Assembly (NCBI GenBank): GCA_964252035.1
Contig: OZ176203.1
DNA from: Podarcis erhardii
Taxonomy: Eukaryota
DNA length: 64,000 nt
Reading direction: 5' to 3' (one strand)
The notes under the pieces were generated by a model. The model searched no databases and had not been told where the DNA came from. It saw nothing but the letters and a program-made list of their open reading frames with translations. The position numbers and the translations under genes are program-made. The stretch's first letter is position 1; each line of letters starts with the position of its first letter. This document shows, in pieces, positions 25,201 to 40,200 of the stretch.

Positions 25201-28200
25201 GTTGGACAGCTTAGTTGAACATATTGTTTAAATCTTAGTTCTATTTGATTATTTATTTCATATTGTTGATGAATTTCTTCCTATGAAATTTCTTTATTTA
25301 ACAATAAAAGCATAACTAACTGAAACAATAGTTTTAATAATAACCAGGTTTTTAAAATCTTGTTTTGTTTGTTAACTTTTTATCTTATTAAAAGGAGTCA
25401 GGTTAATTCACCCTTGATCCTTAAATGTGTATGCATTTTCATGCCTTGGTGTACAAGATTCTGGCCGTTGATATAATATATAAAACTTAGGGATAATATG
25501 CTGCTGCAGTGTTCACTTTCATGTCTCTTCAATGCTTGATCTTTATTACATTTCAGCCATAAATATCGAAACATTTCTTAGCTGCATTTCTACCAAAAGT
25601 AGCAAGGAAGATAAAACATCAATGCAGTTCAATTTCTAAAAAGTTCCTCAAAACCACGCTTTCCCTTTCAATTGCAGAAATAAATCTATGCAGAAACAAC
25701 TTATGACGAGGAATGTTGCAACCGTTTCAGAACTCTGCACTCTTCTGATATTTCTTCTAGATGTAATACCATTAGTAAGTCAATTTCCATGTGTATCCCT
25801 ACAAATAAACAAATTATTAAGAAAACACATTTTAAATTGCCAAATATCTGATGGTGCACGGACACATTTGTCATTTGAAAAGTGTTTTTTGTATACTAAT
25901 CTTGTCTTTATGATTTGCTCAACTTTTTTGACTTAAGTTTCACACATATATTAAAGAGTTGTGGAATGATAGATTTTGTTCAACGTTTTGTACATTTATG
26001 GTCAGCTTTTGGGCCCTAGGGAAAAAAAAAGATTGATCATTTCAGCAGGGGGAATATGCAGTAATCTGCAAACTTGTTTTTACAACCTTGTTTAATTTTG
26101 GATGACTATGTGCTGCGTTCTTTAGCTGTTCTTTAGGTTCAAGTAAAGTGACTTCTCTAGGGTCTACAAATTATTTTATTTATTACTTATTATTGCTTAA
26201 ATTATTTAATATAACCTGCCATTCTTCAACAAGCCCCAGAATGTTAGCAACATGAGTAAAAGCAGTTGTTTAAAAAATGACATCAAAGTGTACAAGAATC
26301 AATCTTTATTTTAAAATGTTAACATAATACAGTGGTGCCCCACAAGACGAACGCCTCGCAAGACGGAAAACCCGCTAGACGAAAGGGTTTTCCGTTTTGG
26401 AGGCGCTTTGCAAAACGAATTTTCCTATGGGCTTGCTTCGCAAGACGAAATGTCTTGCGAGTTCCTGCGGGTTTCCCCCCCTTTTTTCCCCCTTTTCCTA
26501 AGCCGCTAAGCCGCTTATCAGCTGATCCACTGATAAGCCGCTTAACAGCTGATCGCTAAAAGCCGCTAAACCGCTAATAGCGCTAATCCGCTGAGCTGTC
26601 AATGGGCTTGCTTCGCAAGACGAAAAAAACCGCTATACGAAGATCCTCACGGAACGGATTAATTTCGTCTTGCGAAGCACCACTGTAAATAAGATTAGAA
26701 TAAAGATGTAATTGATTGCATATATATACATAAAACTTAATAAGCAAAAAGAACTGATTTCTAAATTATATGTACGTCATTTAAGAAATTTGCTTATTTG
26801 AAATGTCTTGTTTTTATAGGAACTTTATTCCGAAGTGCAGTCTCTCTATCTGCCACAGATGCTCTGCTGTATAGTGCAATCTCTCCTTGAAAACATGGAA
26901 ACACTAAGTTTACCAGAGCTCACTCATGCCTTAAGGACATGCTTCAAAGTACTTAGCAAAGTGCAGATGCCCCCTGCCTACCTAGGTACTGATACAGGAA
27001 GCTCAGACACTGTAGGTATTAAGAGATGAGTTTATGTCTATAATACATTTTGTGAATTGATTAATCAGATTGTTCATGTGGTCATTCATTATGCTGTACT
27101 GTAGTTCTTATGCTGTAATGGGACGCTTCGCCCCCCCCCCCCCCGGGCCATCCTAAGTATTAAACTGAGTATCAGTACTATGTTTCTTGCAAATAACACA
27201 AATATTCAGTTTGACTTGTCATGTCAAGAGTCTGATGCTTATGGGGGCTTTCTGCACTTGGCCCAAAAGGCTGAATATTCAGTCTCATACATGATGAGAG
27301 GTGTAGGTGCTTCAGTGCAGTATTTTGCTATAATAATATTAATATTGGAATAACTATCAACCAGTTACAAATATCCACTTCTCAGGGAAGGTAGTGGAGA
27401 GCTTGACTTTTACGGGGAGCAACCTTGCTCCTGCTTCTAGATCTCTTGTAGCTTTCAGTACCACTGACAGTGATATGCTCCTGGACTGGACCAGCGCCAT
27501 GGGATGGGGATTGGGGACACTGTGTTACAGTGATTCTGGTCCTATCTACAGGACCAAGTCCAGAAAGTTGTATTAAGAGAGTGCTTTTTTTGCCCCCTGG
27601 TGGTTACACTAAGGGATGCTGCAGGGCACTATTTTATCTCAAATGGTATTTAATATTGATATGAAGCTGCTGGGAACATTCATGAGGGCAAAATGGCATC
27701 AGTACGCTGAAACTCAGCTCTCTTTCTCTGTAACATCTGAATTTGTGTAATACTTAAAGCAGAATATGCCTTTGCATTTGAATAGCAGAAGGATAGTTCC
27801 AGACAAGCATAAATCCCCACTGTTCTCTACCAGATTTGTGTCTTTGTTTCATATAAGGCAGTGTTCAACCCCACATCTGTTCATTTACTTATAAAAATAT
27901 TTATATGCCTATAAAGAAAATAGCAAAGTGGTTCACAACGACTGCATATAAAGCCATACAATAAAAAGCTTATAAAAGGTTTACATCAGAAATTGGATAG
28001 CTGTTGTGGAAATATGTATTCTTGTTTGCTTGCACAAGCCTGATGGAATAGAAAAAGTTTTTGCCAGGCATTTTAAACATGCAGTTAAAACATGCAAGGA
28101 TGTTTTAATGTTATTCATGTATGGTTTTTGTATAGAGTAAACCTCAACATTCACATTTGGGTCCACATCTTTGCATTATTTCAGAGCCCCATGAGGGAAG

Positions 28201-31200
28201 AAAACCAGGAACTGACTCCAGAATCCAAAGTGCTCCAGAATGAAGATGACACTCTTTTTCCTCCACTCAAGTCTGAAGACAGTGGTATAGGCCTTAGCAC
28301 TTCATCCCCAGAGTTTTCTCAGCACTTGAGAATACCTAGGGTAACTCCTGAGAAAGATGATGTCTGGAAAAAGGGTGGAAGCATGCAGAAGACCTTGCAG
28401 TGCATCCAGGAGCTGGTGGCAAAATTTGCCAGCAAATACGTATTTGTCGTTCATCTACAAGATCCCAGTAATGGCAGTGTTCTGTCAGTGCATGCAAGAC
28501 AAGGCGAGAAAAAAGGAAACCATTATCAAGCTGCTGGAAATATTTCCAAGAAAAGGAGCTCATGGGACTCCAAGCAAATAACTGTTCCTCAGTTTAAGCA
28601 GATGCTAACAGACCTATTCACTGTCCGAGGGTCATCTTTTAAACAGAAAGATCTGGATCCTCCATCTCCTTCAGAAGAGTTTGGTGGTGAAAGAGGGAAA
28701 AAGGAAGAAGAATGGGACATTGACCAAGTTATGCTTGACCTGGGAGATATGAGAGAAGACTGTAGAGAGGCCTTTGCAGCTATGTGCTACCTCTTATTGG
28801 ATTGTACTACATTTCCTGTTTATCTTTCTGAGGAGGAAACTGAGGAGCTCCATTTGTCTCTCTTTCAAGTGCCTGGTAAGAGGAACATTATAATTTGCAG
28901 AAGAGTACATAATAAGGCAGTGTTGTGTATTCAATAATCTTCCACTAGAATTGTTCAAAAATAGTAATGTGATAGGGCTCTAAATTTGTAAGTATAGGGC
29001 AAGGATCAGTTAAGGCCTAGGGCATGTGGCTTTCAGAGTGCTGGCAAAGAGCAAATAAAGCCCTGAGTGAAGAAAGGATAGCCAGGTATGTGTTGAGCGG
29101 ATTTAAATGATCAAATAGGCACAATCTCAGATTTGCCAGTATTTCGTTAAAGTGGTGTTTTCTGAAAGAGCTTGTGCTCTTTGACTGCATTCCAGTGCAT
29201 ATTTACCTAGGAGTAAGTCCCACTGAGCATAATTGGACTTGTTGCTAGGTAAATGTGCATTCATACCTTGGTTGCTTTCTTCGGCTTGGCATGTTGAGGT
29301 CTGGATGAGATTCCTGTCTAATTTGCATTTCCCATGCACAATTGGCCAATGACTTTCAGACGAAAAATGGGTTGATACTTCCATCATCTTGTTTAGTAAT
29401 GTGTCTAGCAATGTAATGTACTTACCTAGTAATATTCTTTAGATTGTGAGTACTGCCAGGGCTCTTAAGAAAGAAGACAGAGGTATCAGTATGTTTGGAG
29501 AAAGTACAAAAATATATATTAAAAAAAACTTTAATGGGATAAAAAGCAACCCCAAAGCAGCCCAAAGAGGACTAAACATGTTGAATAACTAAAGAATGTT
29601 GACTGTTGTTTAGAAAGGAAAGTGGTGGTTGTGGGGGGGGGGGGGGAGGAATGGCTGGGCTGGCTAGAATCCTGAGCAGGATCACTTCTATATTAGAGAA
29701 GGGCAGAGCATCAGTTTTGCAAACAGAAGGCCCCATGATCAATTCCCATCATTTCTGGGTAGTTCTGGGAATGTCCCCTAGAGAGCTGCTGTCAGACAGT
29801 GTAGACAACACTGATCTAAATGCAGCTTCCTATGTTCCTATGCACTCATAGGTGAAGGATGCATTGTAACATTTTGTGGCACTTGCATATGTTAAATGAT
29901 AAATGTTTGTCAAGGGGACAAACTGTTCCGAACAACGATTGTACTAAAACTGGAGCTAAAACTATTTGTCTGCTCTCCTCAGGTGGCTGTGAATCCAGTT
30001 TTCCCCTGTGGCTCAAATCCCTGATGACAATATGTTGCTGTGTCAATGACTGCCACATTCAGAATGTGTCCATCTCTGTACTGCTAGAAGTAATTAACCA
30101 ATCCCAATCATTGGCACTGGTTATTGAAGACCGAGTAAAGCGGTATAAAGTTCCTGGGCAGAACCCCTTCTTTGGAAGGCTGCAGATGGTCACAGTTCCT
30201 CCTATTGCACATGGGGTTCTCAAACTTATTTCAGAAAAAACTGATTTCTACCAGGTAATGTACTAAAATGCACGCAAAGCTGCATTATAAACTTATAAAC
30301 AATGTGTTGGGCATTGTTGTTTCCATGGAAATGGAATGCTTATAATGTGCAAGTGGCTTAATGTTGTTTACTTGATTCTATCTAGCACTTGCACCTCTTA
30401 AACAAAATGGCAACTGCGACCCTGGAAGAGCAGCCGTAATGGTGTTATGGGGTGGGGAAGGGAAGGGAAGGGAAAGGGAAAGACATCAACTTGCAGAAAT
30501 AGCATGGGATGACATTCACTAGAGGTACAAAAACCAAACTCTATTCAGGATGAAGGTAGCTCAGCATTCCATTCTCCAGTGCTGATGGCCAAACCATTGC
30601 AACTGGCCAAGAAAGTAAATAAACACGTCCTGCTGAAGTACAAATCATTGCCTATTTCCTTGCTGTGTTAACTTTGAAAAGCACTTACAAATAATCCTTA
30701 GTAACAATACTGAATTAAACTTTGCTTCACAGTCGCATAGAACTAGTAAAATACAAAACAATAATTATATTAATGTACACACATATCCTGTGGGGGCTTT
30801 GCTTTAGCAGAAAATGATTCTACTCGTGCAAGTTGGGGCACCCAAATTCTGTAATTCTTCCTTGCCTACTGCAGTGGGGCAGGGAGTTTATGTGCGATGA
30901 GGGTGCGCTGACTTGCTTTCCACTACAACAAAGTGAATTTTGGAAAGAAAGAAATTGTAACATTTTAAAGACATTATTATATCTTAACTGCCCTTTAAAA
31001 CAAATGTGCTTTTCAGTGGTATTCATCACCTAGATTATTCTGCTGTATAGGGATGTGGGGTGGCGCTGTGTATGTTAAGGGTATTAATACCTAGTTACTG
31101 TGAAATGCATTTTTGCCCTATCAAATGGCATAGTTTGACTCGAGGTGTACTGTTTTCCATGTTCACATTATCTTTTGATTGCATTAATAAACATGGTGCT

Positions 31201-34200
31201 GTATGATGGTGTGTAGTATAGAAAACCATGAACTATTTTCAGTAACACAGATTCCTTTAAACCTGCCTGAAAGCGTGGTTTTTTATTTATTTTTAATTTC
31301 ACTACAGAGAGTTGCTCAAGTGCTTTGGAATCAGCTAAACAAAGAGACGAGAGAGCATCACAACACTTGTGTAGAGCTGTTCTACCGTCTTCATTGCCTA
31401 GCTCCATCTGCTAATATCTGTGAAGACATTATCTGCCATGCATTGCTGGATCATGATAAAGTAAGGTTTATTAAAGGTTGTATAGCCTAACACAGCACTC
31501 TCGTTTTGTGGGGTGGGGTGGGGTGGCACATCACAATCACTCCTAGAACAGATTTTGGGGGAACATGTGTATAGAAGGGAGAAAGTTCCTTTGCCCGAAT
31601 AGAAATCCTTGCTTGATAGGGTGCACTGGTTAGATACTACCCAATGTTTTTGGAATATCAGTAAAACATATTTTATGTTAAACCGAAGTTGTTTTGAAAT
31701 CTGCGATTAACATTCCTTTCTGCTAAGACTTCTAAAGGGCTCCATTAGACCTCAGATTGATACTGTTTAAAAATAAATAAAAAGGTGTGTGAAGATTAAG
31801 GAGGATCAGCTGTGTGTGGTAGAACATATGCCTTGCATGTTGAAGGTCACGGTCTCAATCCATGGCATGTCCAATCTGAAAAACAAAACGTGTCTTGAGT
31901 AATGGAGCATTGACAAACCAGTTGGAAACTCCTGAAGAGTTGCTTCCAACCAGAGTAGGCAGTCCTAAACTGAATCAGCCATTGGCTTCATGCAGTTTCA
32001 GACAGTTCTTTGGCGGCTGCCCTGTTAGATGTGGCTCTTCTGTCCAGTAGACAGATGCTGTCTCAGCTCCACTCTTGGACTAGTCTCCTAGCCCTCTTGA
32101 GTAAATATTGCTCGAAATCTTCTTTCTTAACACTGCATAGGCTACCTGTAGCCCTAGGTTGGCAAGCACTTTGGGTCGCTCATTATGGCAAGGACTGAGA
32201 AGCCTTTCCTCAAACCACAGTTTATATTTTATCCCTTCTTCTGGGTTTTGAGGAGTAGATGTAATTAACTGGATAATGAAGAGCAGATTTAATTAACCAG
32301 CCTACTTGCTAACAATACACTGATTTTCTTCATTTTTGGAAGCATAAGTAACCACATGTTCACTATAATCGTTCCATCAAGGCTTCATATTTCTCAAACT
32401 AAAAGGAAATAGAGCTAAGCCTTTAGAAGAATATAATGATTCATTTCATTCTGACTACTGCTATTTTCAAAGAGATCTCAAACATTTTTCTTGTATTGAG
32501 GGGCAAGTGTACATTCATCAGCGTATTCTTGTCTTTCCATAATTATCACTAATTTATGTAGGCTGCAAGGCTGCAATTTTAAATCTATGTAGTTGAATAT
32601 ATCAAACTAGCTCATAAACATTCTTTTTGTTCTGATTTTGCTTTGGGTTTCTTTCCTCCTAAGGGGACAAGGCTGGAGGCACTGTTCCGGTTCTCTGTCA
32701 TGTGGCATTTGACCAGAGAAATCCAAGGCAGCAGAGTCACTTCCCACAATCGCTCTTTTGATAGGTATTGCTATTACTTTTATGTCTATTTTGATGGTGT
32801 AGGTTTAAATTAAATTTACTTTTGGTCCTTGAACTGAAAAGACTACAGTTTCATATGTACCCAAAATATACCTAAGCCAAAAATATTGTTGTTGTTTTTC
32901 CGATGGGCATCTTTAACATTGTGCTTAGCTTGTTTTCCTATAGCACTGTACAGAAACCTTCCACATTTGCACACTTAAGTTTGCTTTCAACCCATTATTG
33001 CAGGCCAGCCATAGCTTCTTCCCTATCTGATGTGAACATCCATACGTGTGAGTGTGTGTGTGTACACGCACATGCACATACAAAAAACATTCACCTGTTT
33101 CTCCAATTCAAAGATTCTTATGTTCACAACACCACCATAAAGGTTTCATTTTCTACTGCTGCTCCTTAACAAACAAATTGAAGAAGGCAGAGAATGTTCC
33201 TATTGCTGGAAAAGCTATTTTTTAAATGTGTGTGTCCCTTTTTGTAAACTAGTCTTCCAACTCAACATTTTAACATAATTCTAGCCTTGTCACCTTGAAC
33301 AAATATTACTGTAATTTCTCCATCCAGGTCTCTGTTTGTTGTGTTGGACAGTCTTAATAATTCGGATGGAGCTATTGGTGCTGCCGCACAGGGTTGGTTG
33401 ATACGAGCACTGTCACTTAATGATGTTGCACGAATTCTGGAACCCATCCTTCTGCTTCTGCTTCATCCCAGGACACAGCGTACCTCTATTCACTGTGTCA
33501 AGCAGAAAAATTCAGCAGGTAAGATTTCACTTAAGAAGATTCCTTGACCTTCAGGTGAAAGGTCCACCTAGTCCAGCATTTGGGCTCCCAACAGATGCCC
33601 CTGGAGAGCCTTCAAACCATACATGAAAACACATCCCCCCCCCCACGGCAATGCTATATTTAATCCTGGAGGTTTCTTTAGCCATTAAGGCTAGCAGGAA
33701 GTGATAAGACTTGGCCTTCCATGAATGATTCCAATTCCCTTTTCAATGTGGTAGCTATCACTACATTTTTTTGGCCATGAATTCCATAAATTATATGTTG
33801 TGGGCAGTATATTTCTTTTGTATTTCCTAAAACCATTCCTAGTCCTTTTCATGGGCTGATCCAGCCTGTAGTAGTATGGGAGAAGGAAGGGGGGAAATAT
33901 TTGTTAGGCATATCACCTTTTTGTCTAAACAGAAACCCCAAGCACAGAAAATGTTGGCCTCTACAGGGTTGAAGTCTAAATTTGCCTTCTATGTAGTAGC
34001 TGTGCCTTAGCTTTTACCTGTAACAGGTGCCGTGTGTGTGTGTTATGCTCCCTTCAGTATCTAGGGGCGAGTCTCAGACATTTAATTCTATTTTTTTTTT
34101 ACTAATAAAAATTGTTTGGCATTTCAAAAGAAGAAATAAACAATGTTAGTCAATAACATAGTAGACAAGCATATGAAGGTCATACATAAACAAGATAGTG

Positions 34201-37200
34201 CAGAATCCAAGGCATTGATAAAAAGGGTTGAGGTTAAATTTTTAGTTACCTGGATGCAAGCAGTGATCCTCTCAGAAGGAGAGCACGAAGGAATAGCCCA
34301 GCAATGACAATATTTCTATCCAAATTTCCTGTGAAGACTTAAGGTTTATTATACATTAATATAATTAATTGTTATCGGACCCAGTTACTAGAGAGAAATA
34401 AACTATTCTTAAAGAGGGGCTATAAATCCCCAAGGATATCTGGCTACATTAAAGAAATGCAATAAATCCCAGCATTTAAATCCCAGCATTAATATGTCTG
34501 ATCATAGTCAAAACAATATTAAACTTTTGGACATAGCGAAATACTTGGTGTGTGTCTGAGTATACTAAGCGTTGTCATTTAGAGAATTTATTTCAGCTTT
34601 GCTGTCTTTGTGAAAACAATATTTCCTGGATAATTGGGTACAATTAGTAATTTGTAGCTTTTATGATATGTGTTGTCCAGCTTAGTTATTGTTCTAGGGA
34701 ACAATTTAAAGGTTTATTGTTTTAAGATAGGGAAGGGCAAACCAGAGGATCAGTATGTGAGCATGGCTTGTCTCTCATGACTTGATGTGCATATGAGCAT
34801 CACAAAGATACAAAGGATGCCATCATTTCCAATGTAAGAAGTCTAATTTGTTAAAGATCATAATCTACAAATACTAGCCAATACGTGTTAATTTTTATTT
34901 GCTGTATTTATAAATGGCTGCCCAAGAACACTGGACTCTGGGTGGCTTCCAAATAAAATGATAAAATATCATTTAAAAATGGTTTGGAGTATCAACAATT
35001 TCAGGCCCAAAGAAGAATAAAATCAGACACCTAAAACTATACAGCAGATAGACATTGCTTCAGAACATAGGTCCCTTAACAACAGTCTATTGTGAACACA
35101 TGGCACATTTGCAAAGGAGGAGGGTCACTCGTTGTGTTCAGATACTGGATGAGAAAGCACCTGCTCTCTGAAGGCTGCACCTTCACTACTGAATGAGTGG
35201 TCACTGTTTTAGAAAGGCAATTTTGCTTTCTTTCAGAAGACATGCGTTTCTGGTACAAAAAGAAAAAAGTCCCTTTCCAGAAGTCCTTGGGGCGTTCTGA
35301 AAGCAGCTCTGAAGAAAGTTTGCCACTGAGCCAGTTTACAACTGTGGACAGGGAAGCCATTTGGGCTGAAGTTGAAAAAGACCCAGAAAAATGCCTGCTT
35401 AAAAATGAACTGGCTGTTAGTGATGATTATCGGTGTGCAGAAGCTTCACGATACGTGGATGAGGAGGATAATAGTGAACACACAGAGTCTGCTGATACCA
35501 GTACTGGACCTACGGATAGTGATAATACATCATCCTTTTCTCCTTCTCTGGACCAGCAGGATATAAGCAATGACGAGAACTACAGTGGCTCGACAGACGA
35601 CAAAGAAAGCATGAAGCTTGTTGGTTCTTCTAATGTTTATCCTCCTGAAAGTTCCAAATCCAGCACCATGCTCAATCTGGTACGCGCAGATTCGGAGAAA
35701 ACTCAAGCATCGGAGTCTCTCTCAAGCGATGATGAGGTGGATTTGGAGCTTCAAGCCCTTACCACCGCTAGGTTGCTAAAACAGCAGAAGGAAAAACAGG
35801 AAATGGCCGAGGCTCTGTTTAAGCACATTCTTTTGTACCTGCAGCCATATGATTCCAAAAGGGTCCTATATGCTTTTTCTGTACTTGAGGCAGTACTCAA
35901 AACAAACCCTAGGGAGTTTATTGAAGCTGTAGCCAGCACTAGCATGGATACTAGCTCCACAGCTCATCTGAATCTCATCTACAATCTTCTAGCCCGCCAC
36001 CAGGAAGCCCTGGTGGGACAGAGCTTCTACGGAAAGCTTCAGACTCAGTCACCAACCGTGTGTCCCCATTCACTGTTAATAGAGTTGCTGACATACCTGT
36101 GTCTGAGTTTCCTGCGCTCTTACTACCCTTGTTACTTAAAAGTGACTCACAAAGATGTGCTTGGCAATAGGGATGTCCAGGTCAAAAGTGTTGAAGTCTT
36201 GATAAGAATGATGACGCAGTTGGCTACAATGGCCAAATCATCAGAGAGCAGGAACACAGAATTTATACGCAACTTGCTTGGCAGATGCAAAGTTCAAGAA
36301 TTTGTCCTCCTTTCTCTATCCGCTTCTATGTATGTTAGTCAGAAGTGCTATGGACATACAATGGCCAGTAAGACTAATAGGTTAAGTGAAGAGTGCATCC
36401 TCGAGGAAAGCCTAATCAACTTTGGTCCTGATCAGATTTGGAGCGAGCACCCGTTGCAGATTGAGCTGCTTAAACTTCTGCAAGTGTTGATAGTCTTGGA
36501 GCATCACCTTGGACAGACTCAGGAGGAGGTGGAAAATCAACCAGGCCTATCTAAGGAATGGCAAAAGTCACTTAACTTCCAGGAGGCCATTAGTGCAATG
36601 CAGTATGTGCATCCACACCCTATAACCTCGCAGGGATTATTTGTGTCTGCCGTAGTCCGAGGCTTGCAGCCTGAGTATGGCTATGGCATGCATCCAGCTT
36701 GGGTGGGTTTGGTTGCATATTCCTTGCCATTCTTTGGGAGATCTTTAGGTTGGACAGTGGCACCGTTTATTGTACAGATATGCAAGAACCTGGACGAACT
36801 TGTCAAACAGTATGAATATGAAACTCTGAAAGTGTCACCAAAGTCATCTGTAAGGTAAGAGAATGTTGTTCATAAAATCTGGCTTTTTCATGTTTAGCTA
36901 ATTTAGCTGTTGGTCAGTGGCTCATTTTCTATTTGTAAGTTTCCTTAAATTATTTGTTTGGTTTCTTGGGGAGGGGAAGGATGTAGGAACATAAGAAACT
37001 GCATTTATATCAGGTCCGACTCTTGGCTTTCTAGCCCAGTATTATCTACTCTGGCTCGCAGCAGCTCTTAGGTCTCTGGAAAGAGGTGTTTCCCAGCCTC
37101 AGCTATCTGACCCTTTCAATTGGAGGTGTCTGGGGTTGAAATGGGCAGCTGATCTTCTGCATGCAACACATGTAGCGCCACTGAGCTATGCAGGCAAGAC

Positions 37201-40200
37201 TTGTTTCAGCTTCTCAGTTCCACCAGTAGGGGAAATGTCCCACTCAATTCTTGTGGTGTCTCAATCAGAACAGGCTTTTCCCTGCCACATTTTCATCATC
37301 TTGCAAGGTTTGTCTGGTATTCCCCCCGCCCAAAAACCACTGTTGTTGTCCCCTCCCATCCAGGACAGATAATCTACACACTGCTCTCTCTTTGCTTTTA
37401 TGAGTTAGCCAGTGGGCAAACTCTCCCTAGATAGCAAAGCATCAGCAGATAACTGGCTGGGTGGATTAAAAGCATAGCATGCAAAGGAAAAGTTCTAGCT
37501 TAATGGAAGTGAATGCGGGCTATCCCCTAATTTCTTTACAAGACTGAAACAACCAACTGAATTGTTAACTTTCTCCCCAAAGCATGAATTCTAAAAGGGA
37601 AAACATCACACCAGATTATCCTCTTACCCTTTTGGAAGGACTAACCACTATTGGCCATTTTTGTCTTTTGGATCATCCAAATCAAACCAAAAAGGTAATG
37701 ATGTTGTTGTTTTTCTTGCTTTCTTTTGCTGTCTAATATATACTTTTGACAGGTGATGTTTCCAGTTATTAAAGAATATCCATTCAAACTATGTTGAACT
37801 TTAAGGGTGTTACTGAATTGAGACCATGACAGCCTCATATTAGGAAAAGATGGAATAGTGAAATCTTTTGTCAGGTCAAGATAAGCCACAGTTAGAAATT
37901 TTGTTATGTGACTGTGAAAATGTTCTTCTGTATCAATTTCATGTTTTCAAAGATAACTACTTTGAGTTTGTGATTTAAAATGCAGCCGGGGGAACAGCAG
38001 GTATTTTAGTTTAAAGTATGTTTATATAGTCTATACCTCAGTATACTATGAGATGTGAAATATGGCCAGACTTTTTTTTAAAAAATTGAAATCCCATATA
38101 GGCTTTTCTTTAAAATATCAAGTGAATGTGCACTCGATTTATTAGAGGTGATATTGAAAATCTTTCCTGCCAACACATCTCATTTTCCACTTTATTTTTA
38201 AATTGGATTGCAAACCAAGATGGCTATCCATTATCAAGGTAGTAATACTGCTGAAACAAATTCTGATTTGGAACCTTTTTTAAAAAAAAAAAATTATAGG
38301 AAGTGGTGGTGTGTAGTGCAATTGTTTGTACCCATATATGTGCACAAACAAGGCTAAGCAAAAAAATTTGAATTAAATTTAAAATGTGGTAAAACAGGGT
38401 CTGATTTATAATGTCATTATTGCAAAGAACACCCTTGCTTATTTTTTTATATATTATATTGTTTAGGATTTTGAATGTGTTGCTTCTTTCCTGCATATCT
38501 ATAGTGTGAGTGACCTCCAGTGTTGGTCATATTTGGATTTAATGGGTTATTTATTTATTTTTGTATTCCCAGTCACTGTGGAATGTTGACCCTATAAACC
38601 TAAGAAATGCCAGGAATGCCATTTTGGAAGAGTTTCCTCGTATCATTAACACCATGTCTCTCCTTTGGGGTGTCATAAAAAAGGAAGATTCTCAAAAAAG
38701 ACCAGCTGACTTCCTTGGAACAAAAGGCTCTTCTTCGGTTTACTTTAAGGCAACGAAAGTACGTAAGCTTTATTAAGCCTGGGTGATCTGTGGGCAGGTG
38801 CACCACAGCTGGGAAAACCTAGTCCACATTTTTCTGATAGGAAGTGCTTAGGTTAATAGGCATTTTTGGAAGTGATTGGCAGTGCTTCTGCAGCAAGCCA
38901 TAGAGATAAAGTTCAGGTGCCTACACCATTGAATATCTGCAGATGTAGTCAACCACTTTAAATACATCTCTGTTTGTCAGAGAGTCACACCAACTACAGA
39001 GGAGGCTTTTATCCTTAATCTACATTGCTGGTGTTGACCCAGGATGTGGCACTGTGTAGGATCTGTCATCATAGGGGCTCTGCCTTGTAGGGCCCTGCTG
39101 CCCCAATGACAGCACAGGCTATTGACAGGCAGCCACCAGCAATGCCTGGTGTAAGGCCCCCAAATGAGGTGGGGGGGGGAGGGTGGACTAGCCATGGATC
39201 CACTGGACAGTAACCAGAGACAGGCCTAATGTAAGCCTCAAACTGGTACCCCACCCACCCACACACACATCCCATCCGCTCTGGCCAATGCGAATGCCAG
39301 AGTTTTGGATTTGTACATAAGAAAAGGCTTGCTGGATCACCAAAAGTCCATCAAGTTCAACATCTTGTTCTTGCAGTCACCAGCCAAGTGCCTATGGAAA
39401 GCCAGTAAGCAGCATCCAAATGCAACAGCACTCTTACTTGTGCTTCCCAGCAACTGGTAGTCACTGATAGCCTTTTTGATAGTGATAGCTCTCCCACTGT
39501 GCTTATCCCCACACCTCCCTTGCTGGGAGTTAGGATTCCTCCCTAAGTAAACAAGCCTTCAGGAAATCGCCTTGGTATAAAGCACATTTTGCATGCACGC
39601 AACACAGTTATTGACTGTGTTTTCTCAACAGCGACTGTAATGTTCATTTTCAGAAGCAACTTCCAGGTGCCCCATGGAAAAACTGCTGCATGATAAATTC
39701 TTGCTTATAATGAGAAATACATGCACAATGGGAATTTAGAGTCTTTTTTCCCCTAGGATGAGAACAAAAAGTGTGATTTAAAAATAGTGAGCTGCTTATG
39801 ACATTGTATCAGGGCACCTGTCTGTAGGGAAACAAATTCCATCCAAACCCATTCTAGAAGAAGTGTTTGTTTTCTTTTTTATAGACGTTGAAGAATAAAA
39901 TCCTTGACTTCTTGAATCCCCTCACTGGGCAGCTTGGGGTGCAACTTATAGCTGCAGTAGCAGCAGTGTGGAGCAGCAAAAAATCTCACAGGCATCAAAA
40001 CAAAACAAAGGTAAAGGAGGAGAAGAAATCACAAATGTGGTGTGATAAATAGTTCATTCCCCTGCCCAATGATAAGGGAAAACTTCAAAACATCTAGAGG
40101 GCACCAGGTTGGCAAAGACTACTTCAAAGCATTTGCCGGACACCCCCCCCCCCCGCACGCATTATGCCTGGTTTCTTGTTTTTCATGTGTCTGAACACCA

